Below are positions 25,106 to 35,247 of a stretch of DNA of 64,000 nucleotides, in pieces. The notes under the pieces are model-generated. The model saw only the letters and a list, made by a program, of their open reading frames with translations, did no database searches and was not told the DNA's origin. The stretch's first letter is position 1; each line of letters opens with the position of its first letter. Source of the stretch: a virus. The DNA is taken from the IMG/VR virus record IMGVR_UViG_3300037804_000367, positions 64,787 to 128,786 of that record; one strand, given 5' to 3'. The position numbers and the translations under genes were made by a program.

Positions 25106-26107
25106 TTATTTTTCGTATCCGTTCGGATTTTTAGTTTGCCAATTCCAAGCGTCTGTGATCATATCGTTTATATTTCTTGTCGCTGTCCACCCCAACTCTT
25201 GTTTAATGAGATCAGCTGTGGCAATTACATTTGCAATGTCACCGTCTCTTCTCGGTGCAATCTCATATGCAATCTCCTTCTTTGAAATGTCACGAAAGGC
25301 TTGAATCATCTCCAATACTGAATATCCTGTCCCCGTGCCAACATTGTAAATTTTAGTTCCATTCATCTTTGCAACAGCGTCTACATGAGCTTGTGCTAAG
25401 TCCATCACGTGAATGTAATCTCGTACACCAGTGCCATCAGGAGTGTCATAATCATCTCCAAAAACCATTACCTTTGATCTTTTTCCACATGCTACTTGTT
25501 GAACAAACGGAAGCAAGTTTGCTGGATATTTCGGATCCTCTCCTATTTGTCCCGACACATGAGCGCCCACAGGATTAAAGTATCTAAGTAGGGTAACATT
25601 CTTATCATTTGCATTGGCCCAATCGCTTAATATCTCCTCTGTCATTAATTTGGTCCTACCGTAAGGATTGGTTGGTCCTAAAGCAGACAATTCGCTTACA
25701 GGTGCATTACTAGCCTTATAAACAGTAGCTGAAGAGCTAAAAATAATGTTCTTTACCTTCGAGACCTTCATTGACTCTATTAAGTTAAGTGTCCCTGTTA
25801 TATTATTTTTATAATACATGTGAGGATGTTCGACTGATTCGTTTACAGACTTTAAAGCCGCAAAGTGAATTACCGTATCAATGTTCTTTTCCTTTCGACA
25901 AATGTCTGTGAGGTAATTTTGATTGAGAAGGTTTACTCGATGAAACTTTATCTTTTTATTTGTTATCTTTTCAACTCTTTTTAGAGATTCGATTGATGAA
26001 TTTACAAAATCATCTATAGCGACCACTTCATATCCATTTTCTAACAATAATAGACACGTGTGTGATCCTATGTAACCACTTGCGCCTGTGACCAAAATCT
26101 TTTTCAT
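25106..26107 (-). CDS. galE: UDP-glucose 4-epimerase
   Basis: GASGYIGSH, HFAALKSVNES, FSSSATVY, YGRTK, LRYFNPVGAH, DGTGVRDYIHV. Confidence 0.97.
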   Translation of the reverse strand: MKKILVTGASGYIGSHTCLLLLENGYEVVAIDDFVNSSIESLKRVEKITNKKIKFHRVNLLNQNYLTDICRKEKNIDTVIHFAALKSVNESVEHPHMYYKNNITGTLNLIESMKVSKVKNIIFSSSATVYKASNAPVSELSALGPTNPYGRTKLMTEEILSDWANANDKNVTLLRYFNPVGAHVSGQIGEDPKYPANLLPFVQQVACGKRSKVMVFGDDYDTPDGTGVRDYIHVMDLAQAHVDAVAKMNGTKIYNVGTGTGYSVLEMIQAFRDISKKEIAYEIAPRRDGDIANVIATADLIKQELGWTATRNINDMITDAWNWQTKNPNGYEK

Positions 26108-26115
26108 ACATTTCC

Positions 26116-26790
26116 TTAATTGATATGTTTTGTCATTTCAAAAGTTAAAGTTGCTTTTTCTGTCGGATTTGATATCAAACTATATGTTGTATTATCTTTT
26201 TCAATAGCAATAAGTTGAAGCTCTTCTACAGGGTCATCGATAAATCGTATACACGTTGGATATGTTTGAATAGTATGGATCAAAAAAACCATCGATAGAG
26301 GAGGAAAGTTTTTAAATACACTCCACGTTCTAATAATTTCAGGGTATTTCATTATACACCTTTTAACTATTTCTTCATCAGGATCTTGTATATATCTCAT
26401 GAACCCGTTTTGATTCTGTCCATTTGTTCCTGATGTTGCAAAAAGTTTCTCCTCTTGTGTTTGATTCTGCATGTATTCCAAAGCACGTAAATTACTTTTC
26501 AATGCAGCTAAGCGTACAGCTGAACTCTGAGTTTCTATAAATCTTATACACATTCCATCACGTTTTACAGCAGCTATTTTCACTTGTTCACATGGATTAT
26601 GAATATGTTTTATAGACTCTCCTTCTGACCGTACCGCCTTTAATTGTAATTTAAAGTCCGGTATTTTAAAACATTTAATTAATGTAGGGCACTCGGTCAC
26701 AAGTGCACATTGTTGTTCTCTAGGATATTGTTCTATGTATGGAGAGTGCTCCTCGAACAGTTGTTGGTATTTTTTATCCAAGCCTCTCAC
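26116..26790 (-). CDS. DUF4116-like helical repeat protein with C-terminal LxxxMxxH motif
   Basis: Repeats such as QVKIAAVKRDGMCIRFI; ends LTFEMTKHIN. Confidence 0.6.
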   Translation of the reverse strand: MRGLDKKYQQLFEEHSPYIEQYPREQQCALVTECPTLIKCFKIPDFKLQLKAVRSEGESIKHIHNPCEQVKIAAVKRDGMCIRFIETQSSAVRLAALKSNLRALEYMQNQTQEEKLFATSGTNGQNQNGFMRYIQDPDEEIVKRCIMKYPEIIRTWSVFKNFPPLSMVFLIHTIQTYPTCIRFIDDPVEELQLIAIEKDNTTYSLISNPTEKATLTFEMTKHIN

Positions 26791-27515
26791 GCTGACGGAC
26801 TCCTTCCCCTACCATCCCATTCAGCATAACGTTTGGACATAGCAGCAGCCATCGAACGAGAATGACTGCTTTGAGCACTGACCTTACATTTTTCATACCA
26901 AATTTCAGATATTTCTTGATTTAAAACACGTTCAGCAGCAGAGGTTACAACTTGTTGTTGTTTCATCTTCTTCATAATGTTTGAAAATACTGCAAAATCA
27001 ACCACAGATATTATTATATAATTACCTTTGCTAACATGAGTGTAAGGAATGATATCTTTATCAGTGATAAACTTTCCTTTGTTCTTTTCTGTGATGACTT
27101 GAACTTCTTTGCTTTCAAAATAATTTTCATTTCTTGACCGAGCAAACATGATACTCAATCTGTAATGAACATCATGGTTAGATTTTATAATAATATCACC
27201 AGGTTTTGCAACTCTATTATTAGGGAGAACAGCGTTAGCTAGGAACAGTCCCAATTCATGTTTAAGCTCTTTTCCGCTTGTGTCGATTGAATGCATTTCA
27301 GTTCGTAGAGCAGAAGTTAGTTCATTGAGATGAGTTTCACGTTCTTTAACTTGAGCATTTACAAATTCATCATCTTTGCCTTTGATTGATTTGATCCAAT
27401 CGTGCAAATCTTTTGTTCTTTTTGGGCATGTGATTCCGTTAAAATACTTCATCTTATATTTCCTCGTTTCTTTTTCTACTCTATTATAATATACTCCTTT
27501 AACTGATAAAGTCAA
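26787..27515 (-). CDS. hypothetical protein (true start probably MKYFNG near 27452)
   Basis: ORF-track TTG start is the -35 box; GAGGA SD precedes MKYF region. Confidence 0.7.
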   Translation of the reverse strand: MTLSVKGVYYNRVEKETRKYKMKYFNGITCPKRTKDLHDWIKSIKGKDDEFVNAQVKERETHLNELTSALRTEMHSIDTSGKELKHELGLFLANAVLPNNRVAKPGDIIIKSNHDVHYRLSIMFARSRNENYFESKEVQVITEKNKGKFITDKDIIPYTHVSKGNYIIISVVDFAVFSNIMKKMKQQQVVTSAAERVLNQEISEIWYEKCKVSAQSSHSRSMAAAMSKRYAEWDGRGRSPSA

Positions 27516-27516
27516 C
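27476..27516 (-). promoter_or_regulatory. sigma70-type early promoter
   Basis: TTGACT...GGAGTATATTATAATAGAGTAG. Confidence 0.8.
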
Positions 27517-27568
27517 TACAAACTTGATTTAATTTAAATAAAAAGACACGTTTTAACTGAAATAAAAA

Positions 27569-27576
27569 CATAAATA
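27569..27576 (+). promoter_or_regulatory. T4-type late promoter candidate (CATAAATA)
   Basis: Upstream of the + strand tail-fibre module. Confidence 0.45.
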
Positions 27577-27617
27577 AAGAAAAGCAACACTGATTTTATA
27601 AATTCGGAGACATAAAC

Positions 27618-29033
27618 ATGCCAACACCAAAAATCGATATTTTTCTAGGCAAAGTAGTAGAGGCTGGTTCAGCAGATAACACTACAATGAAAAGAATTTC
27701 TGATTCTACCTATTCTACTGTACAGGACATGCAGAACCAATTTCACTCTGCGGGAGTAGTTTCCGGAGGATTAATTACTGATGCTGGAACAGGAACTGTT
27801 TCGGTTTCTGCTGGAACAGGATTTATTAGATCGGTAAATTCTGTAGTAGCTGACATTCTGTTTACAGACTGGGCAATAGGAACAGGAGGAAATGTAACTC
27901 TTGTTAACACTGCTCTAAACTTTATTTATGTAGAATATAACGGAGGATCTCCTCAAGTAATTGCTACAGATGTAAAGAGAACAGATCTTCACACAAACAT
28001 TCTTTTAGGCACAGTATATAGAGATGCACTTGAAGTTCACATTACAACTGAAAGTAGGATTCAAGTAGCTGACCATGCCGGTCTAATGACTCAGCGTTTA
28101 ATTAGTACAAACCCTTTTGCAAGAGAATCTGGAGGAATAATAAGTTCTCCGAGTGGAAGAACTCTTGCAGTAACTGCAGGATCTTTCTGGTATGGGTTTA
28201 TAAGATTTGCAACAACTTTGTTTGATAGCAGTGCTGCAGGAGTGTTTGATACATATTATCATGATGTATTTGATGCTACTGGATGGAGGCAAGATGCAAG
28301 TGAAACGGACATTAACAATACTCAATATGATAATGGAACTGCAAAGGCTACTTTAACAGATGGTAATTATGGAATACATTGGGTATATTTAGATGTGGAC
28401 GGCGAGGTATATACAGTTTTAGGAACTGGTGATTATACATTAGAAGAAGCACAAAATGCACCACTTCTTTCAGAAGTACCGCCATTCTTTGAAGGACATA
28501 ATACTCTTATCGGTAAGATGATAATACTTAAAAATGCTTCCACTCCTATACTTGTACAAAGTACATACGGTGAAGTTTTTGCAGGATCAACTCCGTCCAG
28601 TCATAGTAATTTATTAGGACTTGGCGACGACGACCACCCACAGTACTTACCTACTGACGGTTCTCGTAACATGGCAGGTAACTTCACTATTGAAGGGCAA
28701 GCTAGGTCAGACGAGCAGACAACGTTAGTTCCTGCAGGTGCTGTCCAAGCTATTGACTGGAACGGAGGTAACTCTGTTACTGTAGATCTAGGATCTGCTA
28801 CAGGTGACGTTACACTTTCGTTTAGTAACCCAGAAAAGGGTGCCAGCTATCTTATTAAGTTCATCCAAGGTGCTACCTTTAGAGACGTCATTCTTCCTGC
28901 TACTGCTAAGATGCCGGGAGGCTCTGCGCCTAGTACTCTGGACATTACAGAGGTAGACGATGCAGAGGATATATTAACCTTGTATTACGACGGAACTAAC
29001 TATCTAGCACAGTGGGCTTCAAACTTCGGGTGA
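27618..29033 (+). CDS. tail fibre / virion structural protein
   Basis: Gly/Thr-rich, HSNLLGLGDDDHPQY motif, C-terminal IDWNGGN...YYDGTNY module typical of fibre proteins. Confidence 0.7.
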   Translation: MPTPKIDIFLGKVVEAGSADNTTMKRISDSTYSTVQDMQNQFHSAGVVSGGLITDAGTGTVSVSAGTGFIRSVNSVVADILFTDWAIGTGGNVTLVNTALNFIYVEYNGGSPQVIATDVKRTDLHTNILLGTVYRDALEVHITTESRIQVADHAGLMTQRLISTNPFARESGGIISSPSGRTLAVTAGSFWYGFIRFATTLFDSSAAGVFDTYYHDVFDATGWRQDASETDINNTQYDNGTAKATLTDGNYGIHWVYLDVDGEVYTVLGTGDYTLEEAQNAPLLSEVPPFFEGHNTLIGKMIILKNASTPILVQSTYGEVFAGSTPSSHSNLLGLGDDDHPQYLPTDGSRNMAGNFTIEGQARSDEQTTLVPAGAVQAIDWNGGNSVTVDLGSATGDVTLSFSNPEKGASYLIKFIQGATFRDVILPATAKMPGGSAPSTLDITEVDDAEDILTLYYDGTNYLAQWASNFG

Positions 29034-29036
29034 TAT

Positions 29037-29084
29037 ATGCTACATCAAGTTATTAAAGTAGAAAAGATAAGTGAGACGTTATAA
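29037..29084 (+). other. 15-codon mini-ORF MLHQVIKVEKISETL overlapping the next start (TAATG)
   Basis: Starts ATGCTACAT, like the next gene ATGCTGCAC. Confidence 0.35.
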
Positions 29085-30517
29085 TGCTGCACCACATTTT
29101 TAATATACCCATACCCAGACCCTTCTGGACTCCTGCTGAAATAACCTCAGAAGCTTGGTTCGATGCAGATGACCCTCTAAGCATTACAGAGTCTGCTAAT
29201 AGAATAAGTCAATGGAATGATAAGTCTGGTAATAATAGACACGCTACCCAACCAACCGGCAGTATACAGCCAGACTACGTAGCCTCTGATCCTGTATTTA
29301 CAGGAAGAGCTACTGTGAAGGCAAGTACAGGAGGGGCTTATCTGGACACGGTTTCTAGTTTCTCGGTGAAGCGAGTATATCTAGTTGTATACTATGATGA
29401 TACTTCCTTACTATTCGGTAATCATAATGCAATTTTCGCTGGCTCCGTTGGTAGCAATTCTAGACTAACAGGTAGAAGTAACGAGGATAAGGTATGGGAT
29501 GGGCCTAGAGACAATAAAAACTTTGACAAAGACGGGATAACGCTAAGGAACGGAAGTAGGGTAGATAGTACCGCAGAAGCAAACGGATTGCCTATGCCGG
29601 GTGACATATTCAACATAACCGCCTTAGTTACTAAGACTCAAACTTTCCGCCTAATGGGTAATTCTGCAAGTTACACAACATGGCCAGGAGGCTTAGGTGA
29701 GATTATATTCACCGATGGGACTGAAGGCATTGAAACACAGCAGAAGATGGAAGGCTACCTCGCTTGGAAATGGGGACTAGTTACCAAACTTCCTATAGAT
29801 CATCCTTACCGTTTCGATGGAACATTATTCGGACATGGAATTCTTTGGAATCCTGCCCTTCTTACTACTGAACTCTGGCTCGATGCAGCGTCCCAGGGTA
29901 CCATCACTGAAGCAGCGGGAGCTGTGAGCCAGTGGGACGATAAATCCGGTAACGATAATCATGTCACTCAAAACACAGGCGCTGACCAACCATCATTGGT
30001 TTCGGGTGCTATAAATGGAATTAATGCAGTTAATTTTATAGACAGAAATGACTACATGGACGGTAGTATACCTCTTGATGCCAAGTGGGTCGTAGTGTTA
30101 TTGCAATACAACGGCACTCCTACCTTTAGTCAAGCGTTAGGTAGTCAAACTTCTACTGGCGGAGAGAACTACACTATCCAGTATCGAGGAGATTTAGCTG
30201 CTGACAGATGGCAAAACTCTTATTATACTAACGGTAACTCCATTAGTAATGTTGGAGCCGATGTGAATGTAAACCCGACTATTGTTGTTCGTGATGGGAT
30301 GAACTTGGTAGGCCTAGACCTACAGGTTGGTGGAGACCGTGGAATTAACGGTCGAGGATGGGATGGATACCTAGGTGAGGTTATCTACGGTAATCAGACT
30401 CTCGATACAGCCACAAGACAACTACTAGAAGGCTACCTCGCATGGAAGTGGGGCACAGTAGCTTCATTAGATGCAAGTCATCCTTATAAAACAGACGGAA
30501 GTCTCTTCGGATACTAA
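29084..30517 (+). CDS. receptor-binding/fibre tip protein with two tandem lectin-like domains
   Basis: Duplicated W.PA..T.E.W.DA...SQW.DKSGN ... EGYLAWKWG...HPY..DG.LFG units. Confidence 0.75.
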   Translation: MLHHIFNIPIPRPFWTPAEITSEAWFDADDPLSITESANRISQWNDKSGNNRHATQPTGSIQPDYVASDPVFTGRATVKASTGGAYLDTVSSFSVKRVYLVVYYDDTSLLFGNHNAIFAGSVGSNSRLTGRSNEDKVWDGPRDNKNFDKDGITLRNGSRVDSTAEANGLPMPGDIFNITALVTKTQTFRLMGNSASYTTWPGGLGEIIFTDGTEGIETQQKMEGYLAWKWGLVTKLPIDHPYRFDGTLFGHGILWNPALLTTELWLDAASQGTITEAAGAVSQWDDKSGNDNHVTQNTGADQPSLVSGAINGINAVNFIDRNDYMDGSIPLDAKWVVVLLQYNGTPTFSQALGSQTSTGGENYTIQYRGDLAADRWQNSYYTNGNSISNVGADVNVNPTIVVRDGMNLVGLDLQVGGDRGINGRGWDGYLGEVIYGNQTLDTATRQLLEGYLAWKWGTVASLDASHPYKTDGSLFGY

Positions 30518-30545
30518 TTAAAAAATAAAAGAAAAGGAATAAATC

Positions 30546-30863
30546 ATGCAAGAATACTATGTTTTTTCAAGTGAAGCAGGCGCAACAGCCTGTTTAAACT
30601 ATATCAACACAACACCTTGGTTCCCGCTAGCGGGAAAGGTTAACGGACAACCTGCACCAGAAGCTAACCAGAAGACTACTAAATGGGCAGACGCGCCTAC
30701 TGAGCTGCTTTCTGGTGAATGGGCAGTACCTAGGATACCTGAATCAAGATTAGATTATCTAGAAGTACCGCAAGCAGACAGAGATAACTTCATAGCTGCT
30801 TTCGGTCAAGATATCCGTCAGCTGACTTCAGCAGACTTCCCAGTTATAGAAGAAGATATTTAA
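30546..30863 (+). CDS. tail-fibre-associated small protein
   Basis: Co-oriented after fibre genes; AAAGGA SD. Confidence 0.6.
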   Translation: MQEYYVFSSEAGATACLNYINTTPWFPLAGKVNGQPAPEANQKTTKWADAPTELLSGEWAVPRIPESRLDYLEVPQADRDNFIAAFGQDIRQLTSADFPVIEEDI

Positions 30864-30893
30864 ACTTATCTAAACTGTTATATTGTTTATTAT

Positions 30894-31283
30894 TTATTTG
30901 TAAACAATATAACAGCCTTTTATCTTTCTCTTGTCAGCTTTTAATCTAGGGTCAGTATCAACAACTGTCTTTCCGTGTTTGTTTAAAAATAAAATATGAC
31001 CGTTTACATAAACGATAAACCCTTTGACCTTTTCAGTTTGCATCTTTGCAATCAATGCAAGTCTCTCTCGAGCTTGTCCTATTCCTAGCCCATTAATTTT
31101 AGATTGGCGACTTCTCACTGTGTACTTTGTACGAGCAGCTCTTACAACATCACAAGTAGTGTGAAGATATGTTGTAACTTTTCCGACACCTAAATGTTTT
31201 GCAACAGCTAATGTGCATATGTTTTTATTTGGATTCTTTTTGTTATTACTAATTCTTTTCATTCTGTTTCTAAATACGTTCAT
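30894..31283 (-). CDS. hypothetical basic protein
   Basis: ORF converging on the fibre module. Confidence 0.7.
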   Translation of the reverse strand: MNVFRNRMKRISNNKKNPNKNICTLAVAKHLGVGKVTTYLHTTCDVVRAARTKYTVRSRQSKINGLGIGQARERLALIAKMQTEKVKGFIVYVNGHILFLNKHGKTVVDTDPRLKADKRKIKGCYIVYK

Positions 31284-31291
31284 CAGTCTTC

Positions 31292-31624
31292 CTATTGTAA
31301 ATGTTTTCTCATTGATAATTGTAACTTGATTTCTGGAACATCGAACGGAGTAAAGAACTCTTTATCGGGTGTTCTAAGATCGTGTTCGTCTGCAATTTTA
31401 GATATGAACTTTAAATATACCATGTCATTTACACTCATCATGTCAGTACCTGCTGATTTAATATATCCATATCCTCCATTTGGATCTAACGAGGTGCAAA
31501 ATCCTGTATACAGCACAGCTCTCCAAATTGGATTGTTACATTTGGACGCTACATCAACAAGATATAGTGAACACCTGTCCCAACCTCCTGGAGGATTTAT
31601 AATGTGCTGTACTCGCTTAATCAT
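31292..31624 (-). CDS. hypothetical protein with C-terminal LxxxMxxH motif
   Basis: Ends LQLSMRKHLQ. Confidence 0.7.
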   Translation of the reverse strand: MIKRVQHIINPPGGWDRCSLYLVDVASKCNNPIWRAVLYTGFCTSLDPNGGYGYIKSAGTDMMSVNDMVYLKFISKIADEHDLRTPDKEFFTPFDVPEIKLQLSMRKHLQ

Positions 31625-32718
31625 TAGTCTACAAATTGGGACATTTTATGTTCAAGATTGATAGCAGCTACTTTATCATTTCCTAGAACTCTGTTAAGAA
31701 TGAATGCGTACACTCTATCACGTTCCGCATTTGTAGCAAAAGCATCACCTTCGAGTTGTACTTCTTCTCCTAGAGTTTTCATTAACTGGATAGGATTTAT
31801 AGATATGTTTGAAGATGCTAAATGAGAACTATGACGAGAAAGAACAATGCCATTATTATCAAACTTTTCTTTTTCTTCAACAATCTTTGCAGCAGCTTCT
31901 TGTGAAAGTTTGTCTCTAAGTGCACGTGCAGCATTGTCGAGCTTTCGTTTAGCTATTTGATTTTGAAGAGCTTCTGTATTATATTGACATTCGATCTTCT
32001 TTGCAATAGAACGTCTAACTCTAACATCAGTTCCATTTCTAAAACTTGCGCACGTTTGCGCACGTTTGACATTACTCGATACACTTGCTCTCATCTGCCA
32101 TGGATTTTTCTTATTATTCGGAAAGTAATATAATTGAATAATTCTAGAAACACCTTCAGCAAACCTAATTTGATACTCTTTTGAGGTATAAGCTGTGGTA
32201 TTATACACATGAGATATTCCATTTACATAGGCTTTTGATCCATCTTCGGGCATTGTTTCCGATTCACCACTCTTAAATTGTTCTCTCCATTCCTGGTTTG
32301 ACAACAACTCGATATTGAATTCATGTTTGAATATGTCTTGTATGAAAGTAAATGCTTCGTTTGTTCCGTCATAAGGGACACTGTCGATTGCATTGACACG
32401 TGGTTCACGAGGTGCTCTAACTGCTTTGTTCTTCTTATTCATCAAAGGAGCGACTACCATGTCAAATAAAGCATCAGCAGTTACTGGTCGTTCAACAAAC
32501 TGACCATGTTCAACATTAAGAATTTCACAATAATTTTTTGACTTCCAATCAACTGGAAAGTAGTTGGAACCATAACTAACACGATATGAAGCAATCACTT
32601 TTGCAAACGAATCGAAGTCGCTATCTTTGTTGATGTTAACAAAAATACTTCCCTTGTCTTTCTTTGCAGCAATCTTATTTCTGCGAAGAGCCATTCTAAA
32701 TAGGTCAAATGATTTCAT
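31624..32718 (-). CDS. hypothetical protein
   Basis: 364 aa; ends LEHKMSQFVD (motif variant). Confidence 0.8.
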   Translation of the reverse strand: MKSFDLFRMALRRNKIAAKKDKGSIFVNINKDSDFDSFAKVIASYRVSYGSNYFPVDWKSKNYCEILNVEHGQFVERPVTADALFDMVVAPLMNKKNKAVRAPREPRVNAIDSVPYDGTNEAFTFIQDIFKHEFNIELLSNQEWREQFKSGESETMPEDGSKAYVNGISHVYNTTAYTSKEYQIRFAEGVSRIIQLYYFPNNKKNPWQMRASVSSNVKRAQTCASFRNGTDVRVRRSIAKKIECQYNTEALQNQIAKRKLDNAARALRDKLSQEAAAKIVEEKEKFDNNGIVLSRHSSHLASSNISINPIQLMKTLGEEVQLEGDAFATNAERDRVYAFILNRVLGNDKVAAINLEHKMSQFVD

Positions 32719-32894
32719 TATTTAATTCCCTTTATATATTCATAAGCAAAATCAATTGCTTCGTTCATGGATGTGAATGATTTGTCAGTGATCGGACGAT
32801 CAAACTGATGAATAGAAACTGTGCCAGGTTTTTCACCCGCTACTAAATCGATTCCTGCTCTGTCGATGGTTGTACATTTCTGGGCTAGTGTCAT
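32718..32894 (-). CDS. hypothetical protein (58 aa, not in ORF track)
   Basis: MTLAQKCTTIDRAG...; GGAG SD; TAATG overlap. Confidence 0.65.
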   Translation of the reverse strand: MTLAQKCTTIDRAGIDLVAGEKPGTVSIHQFDRPITDKSFTSMNEAIDFAYEYIKGIK

Positions 32895-32922
32895 ATTCTG
32901 TCTCCGTATCTATTTTTATTTT

Positions 32923-32963
32923 CTTACCTATTATACTATACACCCTCTAATAGATAAGTCAAC
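32923..32963 (-). promoter_or_regulatory. sigma70-type early promoter
   Basis: TTGACT...GGGTGTATAGTATAATAGGTAAG. Confidence 0.8.
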
Positions 32964-32977
32964 GTGAAAAATACAGT

Positions 32978-34042
32978 TTATGACACTTTTTTGAAGTTTT
33001 TTACTTCTTCTTGTTCAATAAAATCACCAATGGCTTTGCCTTTAAGCTCTTTGGGTACATCTTTGCCACCGACTGATAGTTCAAATGTGAATAGCTTATC
33101 AACAACGTGTTCTTTATTAATTAACTTTCCAAATATTTTGAATTGTTCACGAGTCAAAGTAGTTTTTTTCTGTCTCTTCTTTGCTTGTAATACATCATCT
33201 GAAACAAAAGATATCAATGACATGAGATGTGTTATGTTATTAACTTCTTTAGTAGAAAACTTGAGGATATTTAGTGTCCTGTGTACGACAGTGACCTCGT
33301 TCCTTTTTAACATGAAAGCTAATTGTATGATTGGATCGTTAAAGTCTGTGAAGGTTGTATTGATATCTAAACCTGGTAACATCAAAGGTAATAAGTTTAG
33401 ATCTTTTGCTGTGTTGAGAAACCGCTTAGGACTTTTTGCAGACACTATGCCTTTAAGAAATTCATCACGTATGCGTTCAGGGGAAACTCCGTCCAGTGAA
33501 GGATCAACAGTCAAACAGTCAATAATTTCTTGATCTAGTTTTCCATCTAGTCGTCCTGCAAATCTGATAGTTCTCAGCTTTCTCAAAGCATCTTCTTCAA
33601 ATCTTTCTTTTGCACTTCCAACAGTTCGTATAATAGACTGTTTAAGATCATCAATGCCACCAACCAAGTCAATGATTTCATTTGTGTCTATGTTGAAGAA
33701 CAAAGCGTTGATTGTCAAGTCTCTTCTTTTTACATCTCCTTCAATGGTAGTAAATTTAACAGAGTCAGGTCTTCTACCTTTTCCAACATCTTCTCTGAAG
33801 GTTGCTATCTCATGACCATTAACAATGACCACTCCAAAAGCTTTTCCGACTTCAACAATTTTCAAGTTTCCACGTTGAGCAATAGCAATAACTTCATCAG
33901 GAGTTGCGTTAGTAGCAAGGTCAAAGTCTTTCGGTACAATGCCTAATAGATGGTCTCTGACAGCTCCCCCGACAACAAACAGTTGCATGTTCGATTGCTT
34001 GAACAAATGGTGTATATTAAGTATATCTTGTGGCAAATTCAT
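32978..34042 (-). CDS. cca: class II tRNA nucleotidyltransferase (CCA-adding enzyme)
   Basis: VVGGAVRDHLLG..PKDFDLAT, D.KRRDLTINAL, F.ED.LRKLRT.RF, SPERIRDEF. Confidence 0.92.
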   Translation of the reverse strand: MNLPQDILNIHHLFKQSNMQLFVVGGAVRDHLLGIVPKDFDLATNATPDEVIAIAQRGNLKIVEVGKAFGVVIVNGHEIATFREDVGKGRRPDSVKFTTIEGDVKRRDLTINALFFNIDTNEIIDLVGGIDDLKQSIIRTVGSAKERFEEDALRKLRTIRFAGRLDGKLDQEIIDCLTVDPSLDGVSPERIRDEFLKGIVSAKSPKRFLNTAKDLNLLPLMLPGLDINTTFTDFNDPIIQLAFMLKRNEVTVVHRTLNILKFSTKEVNNITHLMSLISFVSDDVLQAKKRQKKTTLTREQFKIFGKLINKEHVVDKLFTFELSVGGKDVPKELKGKAIGDFIEQEEVKNFKKVS

Positions 34043-34120
34043 ATCATTCTCCGTGTTATATATTATACAATACTACCTTAACGGTATTATACAAGACCAA
34101 CAAGGACAAAATTGACAAGT

Positions 34121-34651
34121 TTATTTAAAGATATGTTCCATAGCAAATTCTTTCTCTAGGTCACCAGTGTGTTTACAATGATCAATTTCATCAAAGTAAT
34201 GATGAGCACCTTCAAAGAATGAGAACCCAAAAATGTCATCACGATTAAGCTTTCCTTTCATCTGTGACATCCAATAAAGGAATGCAATTCCAGTACTTGG
34301 TATTTCAATATGAGTCAATAATTGTTCAAACATTTCCATTGGAATGTGATCAGTGATGATGGAATACTTATCTACTAAATCACAATTGAATGCGTATCTA
34401 GCATTTCCATCATTACCCATTAGTTCTCTCGGTAGTGGACACAGTACACGATTTACTCCGCACAAAGGATCTCTTATATCATTATAGAAACTAGTGGCCC
34501 AAATTGTGGTTTTGAGTCCAGTATGTTTTTCAAATCCCTTCAGTTGGAAATTATTGAAACGAACGACATTATCATACGAATCAATCTTTGACCCATCTTC
34601 AGTATCCGTAATGTTTCCAGCATTTCCAACTACGCAGATAGTTTGTGCCAT
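34121..34651 (-). CDS. GT29 sialyltransferase-like protein
   Basis: ICVVGNAGNI...IDSYDNVVRFN...TG.KTT (sialylmotif L-like); PSTGIA; FGFSF...HHYFD; H..D.EK. Confidence 0.8.
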   Translation of the reverse strand: MAQTICVVGNAGNITDTEDGSKIDSYDNVVRFNNFQLKGFEKHTGLKTTIWATSFYNDIRDPLCGVNRVLCPLPRELMGNDGNARYAFNCDLVDKYSIITDHIPMEMFEQLLTHIEIPSTGIAFLYWMSQMKGKLNRDDIFGFSFFEGAHHYFDEIDHCKHTGDLEKEFAMEHIFK

Positions 34652-34681
34652 GTGTTTGTATCACCTTTATTGCTTGTAAAT

Positions 34682-34689
34682 TATTTATA
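34682..34689 (-). promoter_or_regulatory. T4-type late promoter candidate (TATAAATA)
   Basis: 30 nt upstream of the GT29-like gene start. Confidence 0.45.
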
Positions 34690-34713
34690 CATTTAACCGT
34701 TATAACTAAATCA

Positions 34714-35166
34714 CTAAGCTGGTAAACCTTCTATACGACAGTTATTAGTATCGCAGTGTAGGCATACATATAATCCAGCGTCAGTTACTTTAGGACGCCT
34801 ATACCAGCCTTGTAATTGAGTGTTACAGTCATTGCATTTTAGTTTGTATTTGACTTCAGGAATAAATGTATTGTGATCATATTCAGCTAATGGACGAGCA
34901 CCCAATTCAACGCACTTGGCTTTCCACTTTTTTCCATGTCCGTCACCCCATGTTAGGATATGAGCAATCTCATGAAGAATACAATTCTTCACTTCTGCTT
35001 CAGTATTAACCTTAACATATCCTCTTGATAATTTAATATAAGGAGACTTTCCACTAAATCCAGCTTCGCCGAATATTCTTTTTGTATTTGACCACTTAAA
35101 AAATCCATGACCAACATGTTCTACCATTAGATCACAAGCCATGTCTAAAGCATCTGCACATTTCAT
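34714..35166 (-). CDS. SprT-like zinc metalloprotein
   Basis: ILHEIAHILT..GHGKKWK; C-terminal CxxC...CxxC. Confidence 0.85.
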   Translation of the reverse strand: MKCADALDMACDLMVEHVGHGFFKWSNTKRIFGEAGFSGKSPYIKLSRGYVKVNTEAEVKNCILHEIAHILTWGDGHGKKWKAKCVELGARPLAEYDHNTFIPEVKYKLKCNDCNTQLQGWYRRPKVTDAGLYVCLHCDTNNCRIEGLPA

Positions 35167-35247
35167 TTGTCCATTCCTGGTGTTATTTTTAGTTAAGTTG
35201 AATTTATTTTCTGATTTATTACGAATTTTTTAACCTAATAGGCGCAA

